A stretch of DNA of 64,000 nucleotides from contig OZ024746.1 in assembly GCA_964016885.1 (NCBI GenBank), positions 65,596,001-65,660,000 of the forward strand, in the 5' to 3' direction. Of the stretch, positions 41,102 through 52,503 are shown in pieces. Each line of letters opens with the position of its first letter. Within the stretch, counting starts at the first letter, position 1. The DNA comes from Eledone cirrhosa. Lineage: Eukaryota. Under the pieces are notes generated by a model. It was not told the origin of the DNA. It did no database searches and saw only the letters and a list, made by a program, of their open reading frames with translations. The translations under genes and the position numbers were made by a program.

Positions 41102-43229
41102 GACAAAAGATTTTCCTGGAGTATTTAATATTATTCCAAATGTTAATAAATATATATTTAATTATACATATTTCAAAGAAATATGTATAATAAAATATAT
41201 ATTTTGATGATGAGAATATTTTTCATTTATTCACATTGTGAATAATATATATATATATATACAGCGAAGGACGCGTTCCGGACTTGTCCGACAGACAACC
41301 TTTTCCCCCACCCCGGAAAAAATCCCAGTTGATGGATGTGAATCCGAAATATATAGGGACTATTAAATCTCTCCCAAGGTAACTCTCTCTTGTGTTGTTA
41401 TTTTTATTTAATCCTTTATACTCTTCCCTTCATTCTACACATCTCACACATCTTATACACACCACGCATCTCAACGTACACCCACTTACATCTCTCTCTC
41501 CACCACCGGACCTTGTTACCCGGATATTTACCCGTTTGCATTGTCGAGGCTTCCAAACGACTTAAAGATATTTACTTATTGTTCCACAATGCTTCAAGCA
41601 AACTTCAATACTCTCTTATGTATATATATATTTAATTTCATGAAGGATATACGCAAGTTTGAAAATTTAATGTGTATTTGCTTTATTATACAAAGCGTCC
41701 AGAATGTCTTCATTAACTCCAAAATAGTCGGGTAAAATACTATCGGAGATGGCAGATAGGTGAGCAGAAACGCCTACGGTAATCGAACCACATATATGCT
41801 TTATGAATATACACATATACACTGTTCTATTATGGTAGGCGTCAATATAGGGCATTTTCCTGTCTCTAGTGTAAATTTACTCCATTCATTTCGCTATTTT
41901 ATAGTTAATTTATGAATTGTTCACGTTTTACATAATAAATAAATATGTTCATATATATATATATATATATATAAGTAATGAAATATGTTATGAGTTAAAT
42001 ACACACACGCAAACATCTATACAAACACATATATTCATATATAAAAATATATATATATAAATATTTATATACATAGACAAATATATACATGTATAAATAT
42101 GTATATAAATAGACAGATTTATATATATATACTTTATGTATATATATATATATATATAAATACATACACATATATATATATATATAAAGATGTATATATA
42201 TATATATCTTAATATATTAATACACACACACATACATACACACACATATATTACTATGTGTGTGTATGTATGTGTCTCTGTGTGTATTTGACTCTTAACT
42301 CATAACATATTTCATTACTTATACGTATAGAAACTTTAGCGATGTGTTAAAATAAACGAAAATGGATTGTCTACGTCTGATAAGATATACGTTAAATTCT
42401 GTATAATGTGGTCGAGAGAATAATATTCTGTGACACATATAAAATATTGCATCGTGTTATGAAAGTATAATGTAAGCTCTTGAATATGTAATCTTATTCT
42501 CACACACGTCTGTAAAATATGAGATTCTATTTACAAAATCACAATATGAGAAATACCGATTATATAGAATTTTCAATATGCGGATTGCTAGTGATTCTAC
42601 CATTTGGTCCACTATTACAAACATCATACTGGATTACGTTACTTAGTGATCTATGTGCTGTTAGATATGAAATAAATACATGAAATATATTCACAAACAC
42701 ATAGACATAAGCACATACACACACACGCATGCACTCATGCACATCCGTGCATGTGTGGTGTGTGTTAGAATCCCACAATCTTTTCATATTTATAAATCAC
42801 AATCAACAATAATATTTTCTTGCTATAATTATGTCTTGATGTTCTTGTTGTTCATTAAGTTATTCTTTATTGTTTGTATCCTTGAATTGGCAATTCAACT
42901 TAACTTTGATTCTATGCCATGGATTTCCAATAGAAAAGACATCAAAACAGTTGAATCAGCAATGTCTTGCTGACAATGTGTTTCATTATTTTTTCAAACT
43001 TTCATCTGATTTAATTTCTTTGACTTTTTCAGTTGAATTAATTACATTATGTGATTTAATTTCGCTTTATATAATTCTTTCTGCTTTTCTTCATTTGCTT
43101 CAGGCTTGAAACAAATCTGATTTCTTGTTCGTCAAAATTCATAGTGGTGTGGTTGTGTGTGGGTGTTTTTTCATCACACCAGTTATGAAATAACATCTAC
43201 TAGACAGTGACATATCTCATTGAATATCG

Positions 43230-43230
<1 letters not shown>

Positions 43231-43322
<92 letters not shown>

Positions 43323-43330
43323 GTACTACA
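43231..43330. repeat. (CTA)n microsatellite
   Basis: Direct inspection. Confidence 0.95.
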
Positions 43331-43770
43331 AGTCACTCCAGAATCTTTTCGAGTATTCATTAATGTAAGTGATATTCAGCACTCACTATTACTCAAAATA
43401 TTTTGACTATTGCTCCGTCTCACACTTTCCATAATAAAGTTAATAGTTTCATGAAAGTTATCAATGCACCTAGTTAGATGCTAATTAAGCTGTAAAAGCA
43501 AATTCTTTCACAAATCTCGTCCAACATAATAATAACGCTCAGCATAATAACTGCGGTCCAACATAATAACTGCGGTCAGTTGTATATTTGGTCATCAAAA
43601 AGCATTCCCAAGCAAAGTTAATTGGTTTGAAAGTAAACTGTTATCAGCTGCGAAAGTCTGTACGTTAGCAATTTGACCCTCATTAATTATTGTTCATTGG
43701 AAAATAAGACTTGAAATCTAAATCGTAAAAATATTGTGTTGTTAGTGATATTGGTATAGTCCTCTGTTCA

Positions 43771-43884
43771 TTCAAATCCCGCCGAGGTTAACTTTGCCTT
43801 TCATCCTTACGCTGTCGATAAAATAAAGTACCAGTAATGCACTGGGTATTTGCTGGCCTTGTGCCATAATTAGAAACTATTATT
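43771..43884 (+). mobile_element. SINE family A, 5'-truncated
   Basis: B box to tail present. Confidence 0.85.
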
Positions 43885-44281
43885 ATAGAAGAGAAATATT
43901 TCTATACAAGGTTTGGGAAACTGTATTTTAAGTCTGTCTCTGTGTGCAAATAAACACATAAAGTTTGTTGATTGGAATTCATACTAACTGGATTCTGCCA
44001 CTAACACATCCACATAAGATCAGCACAAGTGCTAACATACACGAACACACGCACACACTTCTACTTGAGCGCGCACATATACGAGCGCATATACTCTCAT
44101 AAGCGCGCACCGTCACACCTAACAACGCACATGTGTATATATATAGATATATATACACACACGCACACACACACACATATATATATATAAATATAAAAAC
44201 ATATATCTCTACGGTTCTTATATATTTGATATTTTCCTTATCGAGCCCTCTTTGGATTTTAGTCTTCAATTTTATTATTAT

Positions 44282-44406
<125 letters not shown>

Positions 44407-44454
44407 TACATACATATACATAAATACATATTATATATCTATATATATAATAGA

Positions 44455-44692
44455 AAGGACGATTTGTTATGTCGTCATTACGTTTATTGTGTAGTGACAC
44501 GCGTTTCATTATTGATCAGATCAAGTTTCGATTGGTATCGATCTAGCCCGATTCTGGAATCAGCAGACGTTCGACGAGAATTTGATTCCAGAGTCGGGCT
44601 AGATCGATACAGATCGAACCTTGAGCTGATCAACAGAGAAACGTGCGTCCCTACTTAATAAACGTAACGAAGGTATAACAAATCGGTCTTTA
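44455..44692. repeat. Fold-back element with diverged ~100-bp arms and HHR-like motifs
   Basis: GAAACGCGTGTC (minus) and GAAACGTGCGTC (plus); CTGCTGA at the loop; homologues at 56557-56690 and 61328-61420. Confidence 0.75.
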
Positions 44693-44700
44693 TTATTATA

Positions 44701-44993
44701 GGTGGATTGGCAGTATCGGTAGAGGGTCGGACGCCATGCTTTCCAGCATAGTTACGTCCCTTTATGATCTGAGTTCAAATCCCGCCGAGGTTGACTTTGC
44801 CTTTCATCCTTACGGGGTCGATAAAATAAAGTACCAGTAATGCACTGGGTAATTGCTGGCCTTGTGCCTAAAGTAGAAACAATTATTATAGTTTAAATTT
44901 GCCTTTCATCCTTACGGGTCGATAAAATAAAGTACCAGTAGTACACTGGTTTATTGCTGGCCTTGTGCCTAACGTAGAAACAATTATTATTAT
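44701..44993 (+). mobile_element. SINE family A full copy (44701-44889) plus tandem 5'-truncated copy (44898-44993)
   Basis: A box TGGCAGTATCGG, B box GAGTTCAAATCC, core, (ATT)n tails. Confidence 0.92.
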
Positions 44994-45752
44994 TAATGTT
45001 CTTTGAGTCTCAGTCATTGATGTTAGTTAACTGGAAAGTTTGTTGAAATGAATATCAAGCCACTACCTGCAGCCTCAGATATTCAGGACGTATCGGAGGG
45101 TTCTTGCTGTTCCCAGCAAGCATGCCTTTTGAAGCGTTCCAAAAAGCGTGGCGGGGCCAATTTTCTTTACCCATCCCTGGAAACTTTTTGAGATAGTACC
45201 TAGTGCGCCTATGACAATCGGGACCACTTTCACTTCATGGCAGTTCCAAATCCTTTTTACCTCCCACCTTAAGTCCTGGTATCGGTTAATTTTCTCCCTC
45301 TCCTTCTCTTGCACTCTCGTGTCGAATGGGCAGGCCACATCCACCATCAGGCACGATCTTTTTTCCTTGTACAAAACCACCAGGTCAGGTCTATTGTGTT
45401 CCAGTTTCTTGTCCGTCTGTATCCTAAAATCCTACAGCACCTTCACCTGATCGTTTTCTATTACCGACTCTGGCTTATGCTCATACCACTTCTCAGAATG
45501 TGGTAAATTGTTTACTTTGCATAGGTGCCAGTGGATCACCCTAGCCATCACATCATGTCTCCAGCCTTTATAGTGAGTCTGGGCTAGGTGTTTACACTCG
45601 GATATAATGTGGGCCACAGTCTCCTCTCTCCACAGATCCTGCACAGTGGGATAGCCTCGTCCTTGTGAATATGGTGTTTGAGCCATTAACATTCCTTCTG
45701 TAGCCTTTTTAAGGTCTCCTCTTTTCAACCAGTTCCATGTCTGTGGATCTTG
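44994..45752 (-). mobile_element. R4/Dong element, 5'-truncated and frameshifted
   Basis: WLKRGDLKKATEG..ETVAHIISEC..RHD..IHW; RPDLV..VDVACP..EK..YQDL..VVPIVIGALG; 3' end abuts (TAA)n. Confidence 0.88.
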
Positions 45753-45769
45753 TGGTTAATAAAGAAATC

Positions 45770-48700
45770 ATTATTATTATTATTATTATTACAGTTACAT
45801 TTATCTTGCTTTATGTTCATACGAGTTATCACCAAGTCACAACCAGTGACCTCAAGAGACAACAAGGTCCGCCATGTTCAAGAAAGAACATACATACTCA
45901 CACATGCATCTTTAGTGTTTAGACCAGTGATGTACTTATATTGACAGAATCTTCCTTAGTATATGGGCAGTTCCCATTAGTACTATCTTTTGTATTTCTC
46001 CTATACGCGGGTTTCCTGGGATTTGCGATAAGTAATCATTAGTCCCCTTAGGTATCATTTCCAGAGCGCCTACAACCACTGGTATTGTTTTAGTTCTCAA
46101 TTTCCACATTTTTCCAATTTCTATCTCCAGGTCCTTATACTTGCTCAATTTTTCAAATGTTTTTATAGATACATTCTTGTCTATTGGAACAGACATATCA
46201 ATTAGCAGGCATACCCTCTTTTTAAAGTCCTTCAATATTATATCAGGTCTATTTGCATCTATTTTTCGGTCTGTTTGGATGCTAAAGTTCCACAAGATTG
46301 AGATGTGATCTTTTTCAAGTATGGGAGGTGGTTGATGCTCCCACCAATTCTTTTGATGGGGCAGGTCAAAATGCTTACACATTATCCAATGTATGTATTG
46401 TGCAGCTCTGTCATGCCTGTTTAGGTATTTGGTTGGAGCTATAGGACTGCACATTGAAATTATATGGTCAATGGTCTCTGGTTGTTTTTTGCATACACGG
46501 CATAATGGGCTGCATCCATTTTTTATTATGTTGGCTTGGTATTTTTTTGTTGGCAGACACTGATCTTGTGCTGATATAATCAGTCCTTCAGTCTCCGATT
46601 TCAGTCCAGAGGATGCCAACCACTGATGTGTTAAGGTTTTGTCAACATCAGGATTGTTAGCTCGCTCTGGGTATTTTCCATACAGAGGCTTTTCTTGCCA
46701 TTTCTTAGCCAGTTTCTGTAGCAGTTCTTTCTTTGCAGTTACTTTTACCTGCTTTGCTTTTTCTGTGTTTTCCATTTCAGCAGTAAATGGGACTTCTGAA
46801 ATTTGTAGTCCATTACTGTATCTTTGTGCATCTTTTGTAATGGAATATGATCTTTTGATGCTCTCGTGTTTCAAAACGAGTTTGATCGTCCAATCATGTG
46901 ATTCCCTTAGATATGTAGATAATCCAATTGTTGCAGTTCTCAACGCAATGTCTAACTGGATTAACCCACGTCCTCCTTCTTTCATAGGGAGATATTTTCT
47001 ATCTATATCTGCCTTAGGGTGATGCATTCTGTGCATCGTAAAGAGTTTTCGAATTTTTGTATCGAGCCTACGGATCTCTGTGCTTGACCAGTTGATGACA
47101 TTGTAACTGTAGGTTACTACTGGTATGGCAAGCGTGTTTATGGCATCGATCCTATTCCTTGCATTCAATTCCGTTCTTAAGATTGCTCTTACTCTGCGGT
47201 AACATTCCTTCCTTATCCTTTCCCTCATTGTCGAGTGCTTGATTCCGTCTCCTTCACAAACACCTAGATATTTGTAAGTATTTTCTTGATCAAGTTCTCT
47301 TATCACGTTTCCCCGATCAAGATTAATGACTGAACTCTTCAGCAGCTTTCCTCTGGTGAACGTTACTTTGGCGCATTTATTTAGTCCAAACTCCATTTTA
47401 ATGTCATCACTGAACTGATCCACAGTGGATAATAGCCCTTGCAATTGTTCATCATTTTTTGGAAATAGTTTCAGGTCATCCATGTAGAACAAATGATTAA
47501 TGGTTTTGTCATAGACTTTATATCCATGTTTTGTTTCATTGAGCATTTTACTTAATGGTATAAGTGCGATGCAGAATAAAAGCGGTGATAAAGAGTCACC
47601 CTGAAAAATTCCACAATTAATATTAACTTCTCCAGCTTCCAGTGATTTTGTTTCACTATTCAAAAGGTGTGTCGTTTTCCATGTCTTCATACTGAATGAC
47701 AAAAACCTCCTGACAACGGGGAATATTTTGAAAATCTCTAAACATTTTTCAATCCAACTGTGTGGCAAACTATCGAATGCTTTTTTATAATCTATCCAAG
47801 CAATCGATAGATTTTTGTGTCTATTATGACAATCTTCCAGTATCATTTTGTTAACCTGAAGCTGATCCTTACAGCCATATGAGCCTCGTTTACACCCTTT
47901 CTGCTCAATGGGAAATAGGTCATTTGTTATCAGGTGGTCATATGTGTATTCAGTTAGGACTGATGTTAACATTTTATACATTGTGGTCAAGCAAGTTATC
48001 GGTCTGTAATTTTTGTGATTGTTTGTCTCATCATTCTTCGGAAGCAGGAATGTAATGCCGTTAACTAGCCATGATGGTATCTTTTCTGGCTCCTTAACTA
48101 TTTCATTGTAAAGTTGGGCTAACAGCTCATGAGACTCTGTGAAGGCATTTATCCAAAAGTTTTGTATTTTGTCTTTTCCTGGGGATTTCCATTTGCTGGT
48201 TTTTCTTAGAGCCAAGCGCAACTGTTCAACTGTTATATTTTCCCATATTTGTTCCTCAAGGTGAGCTGTATCTTTCATTTGTCTGTCTATCCATGGGGCA
48301 TGTATGTTATGAACTTTTTCTTCGGCCCAGATCTTTTCCCAGAATTCTTGCACTTTCTCCTTGGGTGGTATTGATTTAGCAGTTATTGTTGACTTACCAA
48401 TTTTTCTGTAGAAGTTTCTTTGGTTGTTTTTGAACATATTATTGTCCTTATAGAATCTAGTTCGTTTTTCAAAGCGCCTTATACGAGCAGCTTTGGCCGA
48501 CACTTTTTGCTTGATTATTTCTATCAGCATGTCTATGTCACTTGTTGATTTTATACTGTACTTTTTTTTCAATTTTCTAAGTTTAGTTTGTTTAACATGT
48601 TCACCTACTTTATAGTTTGTTAAAATTTCTATGTCAGATCGGAGAAGGTTTATTTGGCGATTGATGTTCTCTTGCCAAGTAGATTTCTTGTGGGAATTCC

Positions 48701-49740
48701 TTTGTCTTTTCATCTTCACTCCACATAAATAAGTGGTGACTTTAGCCGATGCATAATAGAGATGATTTAAATCAGTAATGTTTAGTTTGTTTGTGATGAT
48801 AATGTTTTTGAGAATTGTGTTAGTCTTGTGTATTATCTTTTGGTTCTGTTTGGAGTTCTGGATCTTAGGGAGGGTGTCTCGTTTCCCCATGTCAGATTCT
48901 TTCATTTTCATCCATTCGATCATAATTTCATCCATCAAGTTGGCAAGTTCATTCTCATTCATTTCTTTATCATTTACGATCTCATTATTTTCATTTGGAG
49001 TTTCATTTTGAGCATGCACTCCCTCCACTTTTTCGATCCTTTCTTTAATTTGTTCTGTTGCCAGTGATTCCGCCCCAACCCTGGAATTCGAAGTGTTACA
49101 ATTTACCTCGTTTTCACTGACACATGTTTCATTTTCCCTTCGCTGACTTTGTGCTAATAGCTTGATCTGATCAATTTCTATATCAGTTAGTAACTTTTTT
49201 CTTACAATATTTCTTCGTATATTGGCTAGTTTGTTGCTGTCAATATAGCCTCTGTTTTCGGGATGTTTCTTTTTCCAGTTGATATATGTCTGTTCTGTAT
49301 TCGATGTATTTGATGGGTAGTACATGGCAGTGTAGAAAGCCTCAAGGACTTCTTTATTATCTTCCCTTGACCATTTTTCTCTCTTTTTCTTTGGATTTCT
49401 TGGTGGTGAGCATGGAGGGCCAACTCAGGAGTATTCCGGTTATGGGAGGTCTCCAGCTCCGAAGTGATGGGAAGGTTTGAACCATTAGCTGATTTTTCGA
49501 CCCCAGTCTGGTTCCTCTCTGAGGGACGCGGCCCTTTTTTATCCGGGTGACGGCCGATCCGGTATGAGATTTTATCATTAGACATTTACTTTATTTTGTC
49601 CTTATCCGCCAAGGGGTAATCATTTCGTGTTACCACTTCTAGAACGAGTGTCAACCAAGACTAGAGGGGTCGTACTCCCCTAGAGACACGGCTATTCCCC
49701 GCCGGCCGCCATCCCAGTATTTCTTGGTCACGGGGTTTTC
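45770..49740 (-). mobile_element. R4/Dong non-LTR retrotransposon, apparently full length
   Basis: GC-rich 5' UTR, long RT-CCHC-RLE ORF, ~145-bp 3' UTR, (TAA)n tail at 45770-45790. Confidence 0.93.
45936..49325 (-). CDS. R4/Dong polyprotein (RT, CCHC zinc finger, restriction-like endonuclease); probable true start at 49585 separated by one frameshift
   Basis: KSPGKD, YRPITCL, WIDYKKAFDS, GIFQGDSLSP, YMDD, CRVC..ETIDHIISMC, RPD..LIDMSVP..EKLSKY; upstream in-frame REKWSREDNKEV. Confidence 0.93.
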   Translation of the reverse strand: MYYPSNTSNTEQTYINWKKKHPENRGYIDSNKLANIRRNIVRKKLLTDIEIDQIKLLAQSQRRENETCVSENEVNCNTSNSRVGAESLATEQIKERIEKVEGVHAQNETPNENNEIVNDKEMNENELANLMDEIMIEWMKMKESDMGKRDTLPKIQNSKQNQKIIHKTNTILKNIIITNKLNITDLNHLYYASAKVTTYLCGVKMKRQRNSHKKSTWQENINRQINLLRSDIEILTNYKVGEHVKQTKLRKLKKKYSIKSTSDIDMLIEIIKQKVSAKAARIRRFEKRTRFYKDNNMFKNNQRNFYRKIGKSTITAKSIPPKEKVQEFWEKIWAEEKVHNIHAPWIDRQMKDTAHLEEQIWENITVEQLRLALRKTSKWKSPGKDKIQNFWINAFTESHELLAQLYNEIVKEPEKIPSWLVNGITFLLPKNDETNNHKNYRPITCLTTMYKMLTSVLTEYTYDHLITNDLFPIEQKGCKRGSYGCKDQLQVNKMILEDCHNRHKNLSIAWIDYKKAFDSLPHSWIEKCLEIFKIFPVVRRFLSFSMKTWKTTHLLNSETKSLEAGEVNINCGIFQGDSLSPLLFCIALIPLSKMLNETKHGYKVYDKTINHLFYMDDLKLFPKNDEQLQGLLSTVDQFSDDIKMEFGLNKCAKVTFTRGKLLKSSVINLDRGNVIRELDQENTYKYLGVCEGDGIKHSTMRERIRKECYRRVRAILRTELNARNRIDAINTLAIPVVTYSYNVINWSSTEIRRLDTKIRKLFTMHRMHHPKADIDRKYLPMKEGGRGLIQLDIALRTATIGLSTYLRESHDWTIKLVLKHESIKRSYSITKDAQRYSNGLQISEVPFTAEMENTEKAKQVKVTAKKELLQKLAKKWQEKPLYGKYPERANNPDVDKTLTHQWLASSGLKSETEGLIISAQDQCLPTKKYQANIIKNGCSPLCRVCKKQPETIDHIISMCSPIAPTKYLNRHDRAAQYIHWIMCKHFDLPHQKNWWEHQPPPILEKDHISILWNFSIQTDRKIDANRPDIILKDFKKRVCLLIDMSVPIDKNVSIKTFEKLSKYKDLEIEIGKMWKLRTKTIPVVVGALEMIPKGTNDYLSQIPGNPRIGEIQKIVLMGTAHILRKILSI

Positions 49741-50698
49741 TTTTTGTTGTTTTTTTAACTTGTTATTATCATGAGTGGTTCCTTAATGTGAGCATTGCGT
49801 GGCTTAAGAATGAAATTATTAATAATTGTCTCCACTCCAGGCACAAGGCCAGCAATCACCAAGTGCATTACAATAATATAATATACTTTTTGCTGAAGTT
49901 GCCTGTTATTGTTGTTGGCTATGTCGGTGGTGGTGCTGGGGATTTTTATATTGTTGGTGAGGAAGGGGTGAGCCAGCAGTACCATAGTTGTTGATGTTGA
50001 TGTTTGGCCGGTGGCCAGGTCACTAAGTCAATCTATTTATATCTTTTGCTAGCCTCTCCCTTGTCTAGTGATACCGCCACCTTCCCCTTTCTCTCTCAAG
50101 TTAACATGGGAATAGTGGTGGTAGCAATGAAGGAGTGGTGGCGGCGGTGATGGGATAGTGGTATCAATGATGGATGGAGGGGTGGCGGCGGTGGCGTTGT
50201 CGTTACTGAGTTTAGTGATATGTAGTATCTATGAGTGTGTGTCGCGTATGTTTAATATATATTGTGTTGACATATTCCCGTAAAATTGGAATTAAACATT
50301 TTGTTAAAACTTGAGACAATAATAATAGTAATTATTATTATGATGCTGGGATTGGTGGTGGTGGTGGTGAAATTGCCCTTATCTGGCTGTTATATTTAGT
50401 GTGAGGGGTAGGTGGTGTATCAAGTTTCTGGTGTTGGTGAAATTGCTGTTATTTGGAGGGTGTTTTCTTCCATTTATAACCATTTTCTTTTTTGAATACA
50501 AAATATATAATACAAAATTGAATATTTGAGCGATATAACAATATAATATGGATCGGAAATTTTATGGGACTTGATTCCGTGGTTTATGCAACATTTGTAC
50601 TAAGAATTGTTATTTCACAATTGATTTAAATATGTTAAAAATCAAAAACTTACGGGAGCGATTTCATGAACTTCTATCACCTCGTGCGTCTTCTTCCC

Positions 50699-50772
<74 letters not shown>
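50699..50772. repeat. (TTA)n microsatellite at the 5' junction of the Tx1-like LINE
   Basis: Direct inspection. Confidence 0.95.
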
Positions 50773-50988
50773 GAATGTTATGGTTGACGGAGGCTCGGCT
50801 CTGTAAGGTATTGTAAATTTTGACCGCTATAACAATTGTAAATTGTTTACAACTTTAACCAAATTGTAGACAAAAACCCCCTCCTCCTCGTGAGAGGGGT
50901 CTTTCTGCCCGTTATTTGGCCCTTCGGGGTTTAATAACCGCTTATTGGGGTTTTGTGCCCAATATTTATTTTAAAAAAAAAAAAAAAA

Positions 50989-52480
50989 ATGGCTACGAAA
51001 AATAATTTTCATAGGTCACTCCCACTCATTCCGTACCGTACAGTAAGCACAAAATCCCGTAGAGTTGAAAGAGCCACAGAGGCTTAAATACAAAAAGCCT
51101 TAGGGTCTGTGTGGCAGCGGAAAACGCACATCACCCGAGGCAAGAAATATGCCACCGTAGACGTGCTTTTTGCCACACCCCAGGAGGCAAAGGCTCAATC
51201 CTTAGTGACCCTAAGGAGCGAGGAAATGGTGTTGGTGCCCTCCTACTGCGGGCAAAAAATTGTGAGGGTCAAACTGACCCACGTCTCCACCCCCCCCCCC
51301 CCCCGGGATGGCCCCTTCTTGGCTGACCGCGTCTGTCCTCGTCGGAATCGAGGACATAACAACTGTACTGCAAGTACAGAAAAAAGTAAGAGAAGATTGG
51401 GTCGGCACCTCCATTGAGATGTTAATCCAAACCAACCAGGAGTGCATCGAAGCTATCCCGGATGTGATAGATTTCGATAACGGCACTCAACTGCCCATAA
51501 GTGTTGAGGGAAATGCCCGAAATGCTTTCGCTGTGGATCGAAGACTCATCTCAGGGCCTTCTGCAACGAGAAGACCCTGAGGAAGGAGGAAACCCCCTCC
51601 TTCCGAAACCGGCTCCACGGCTATCAGCAACAGGACAAGCGGCAACCAGGAGCGATAGGTCCGTGGCACCCATACCCACGCCACGGGAATCAAAAACAGC
51701 AGCGGCAGTTGAAGTATTAACAACAACAACAGTAATACCAAATGCAGCTGCAACAGAGACTCCAGTGCAAACATCACCAACAACAACAAGTGAAAGAGGA
51801 GCTGGTACCCCTCCCCGACCTCACAGAATCAGACATGGCAAAAGGTCGTAAGAAGGCACAACCCCAGAAGTAGCGCATCGTCGCCTTCGAAAAGGGAGGA
51901 AAGAAATGAAAAAAGGGTAAAGGCTACTGCAAAGAGACTCACAGCAGCAACACCACAAACACCATCACCACCCACACTAGCACCACCATCACCACCGGCG
52001 ACAACCCCACCGCCAACAACAACAACACCTTCAACACCACCACCACAAGCACCAACATCGCAAACACAACAACAAAACACACACACCCAGCAACAACGAC
52101 CAGAAATAGCAGAACCATACCCCACCCCCAGAAAAACAAATGCACAGCAATAAATACACACAACAAGAAACTAATGACTTACATAATTGAACACACAGAC
52201 ATTTCACAGCACGACTACATAATACCAGCACCAATCAAAACGCCAACTAACATAAGACTGCTAAAAATACACAGACATTAAAACGAAATTCCTCAACGCA
52301 GTTGGTGATTTCAGAGACCTAGGAGGGACTCTCAACCGGAGAGTATATTCGGACATACTCATAGAAGAGCCGACGACCAGCCGAAGGGACGATTCAACGG
52401 TCCCTTCACCAGACGATCAAGTGAAAAGGGATGGAGAAACCATCCTTACTCTACGAAAAGTACGGTAAGTGGTATTTCCC
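50989..52480 (+). pseudogene. LINE ORF1 (gag-like), disrupted
   Basis: ATG at 50989, stop at 51085, frameshift in the poly-C near 51290; CFRCGSKTHLRAFC (CX2CX4HX4C) at ~51523-51565; T/P-rich tail. Confidence 0.75.
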
Positions 52481-52503
52481 ATCTTTTCCACTCTATTTTA
52501 AAC

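Noticed and set aside
49870-50700. G/T-rich block resembling the reverse of a PLE 3' region
   Set aside because: No convincing HHR or coding remnant found, so left unassigned
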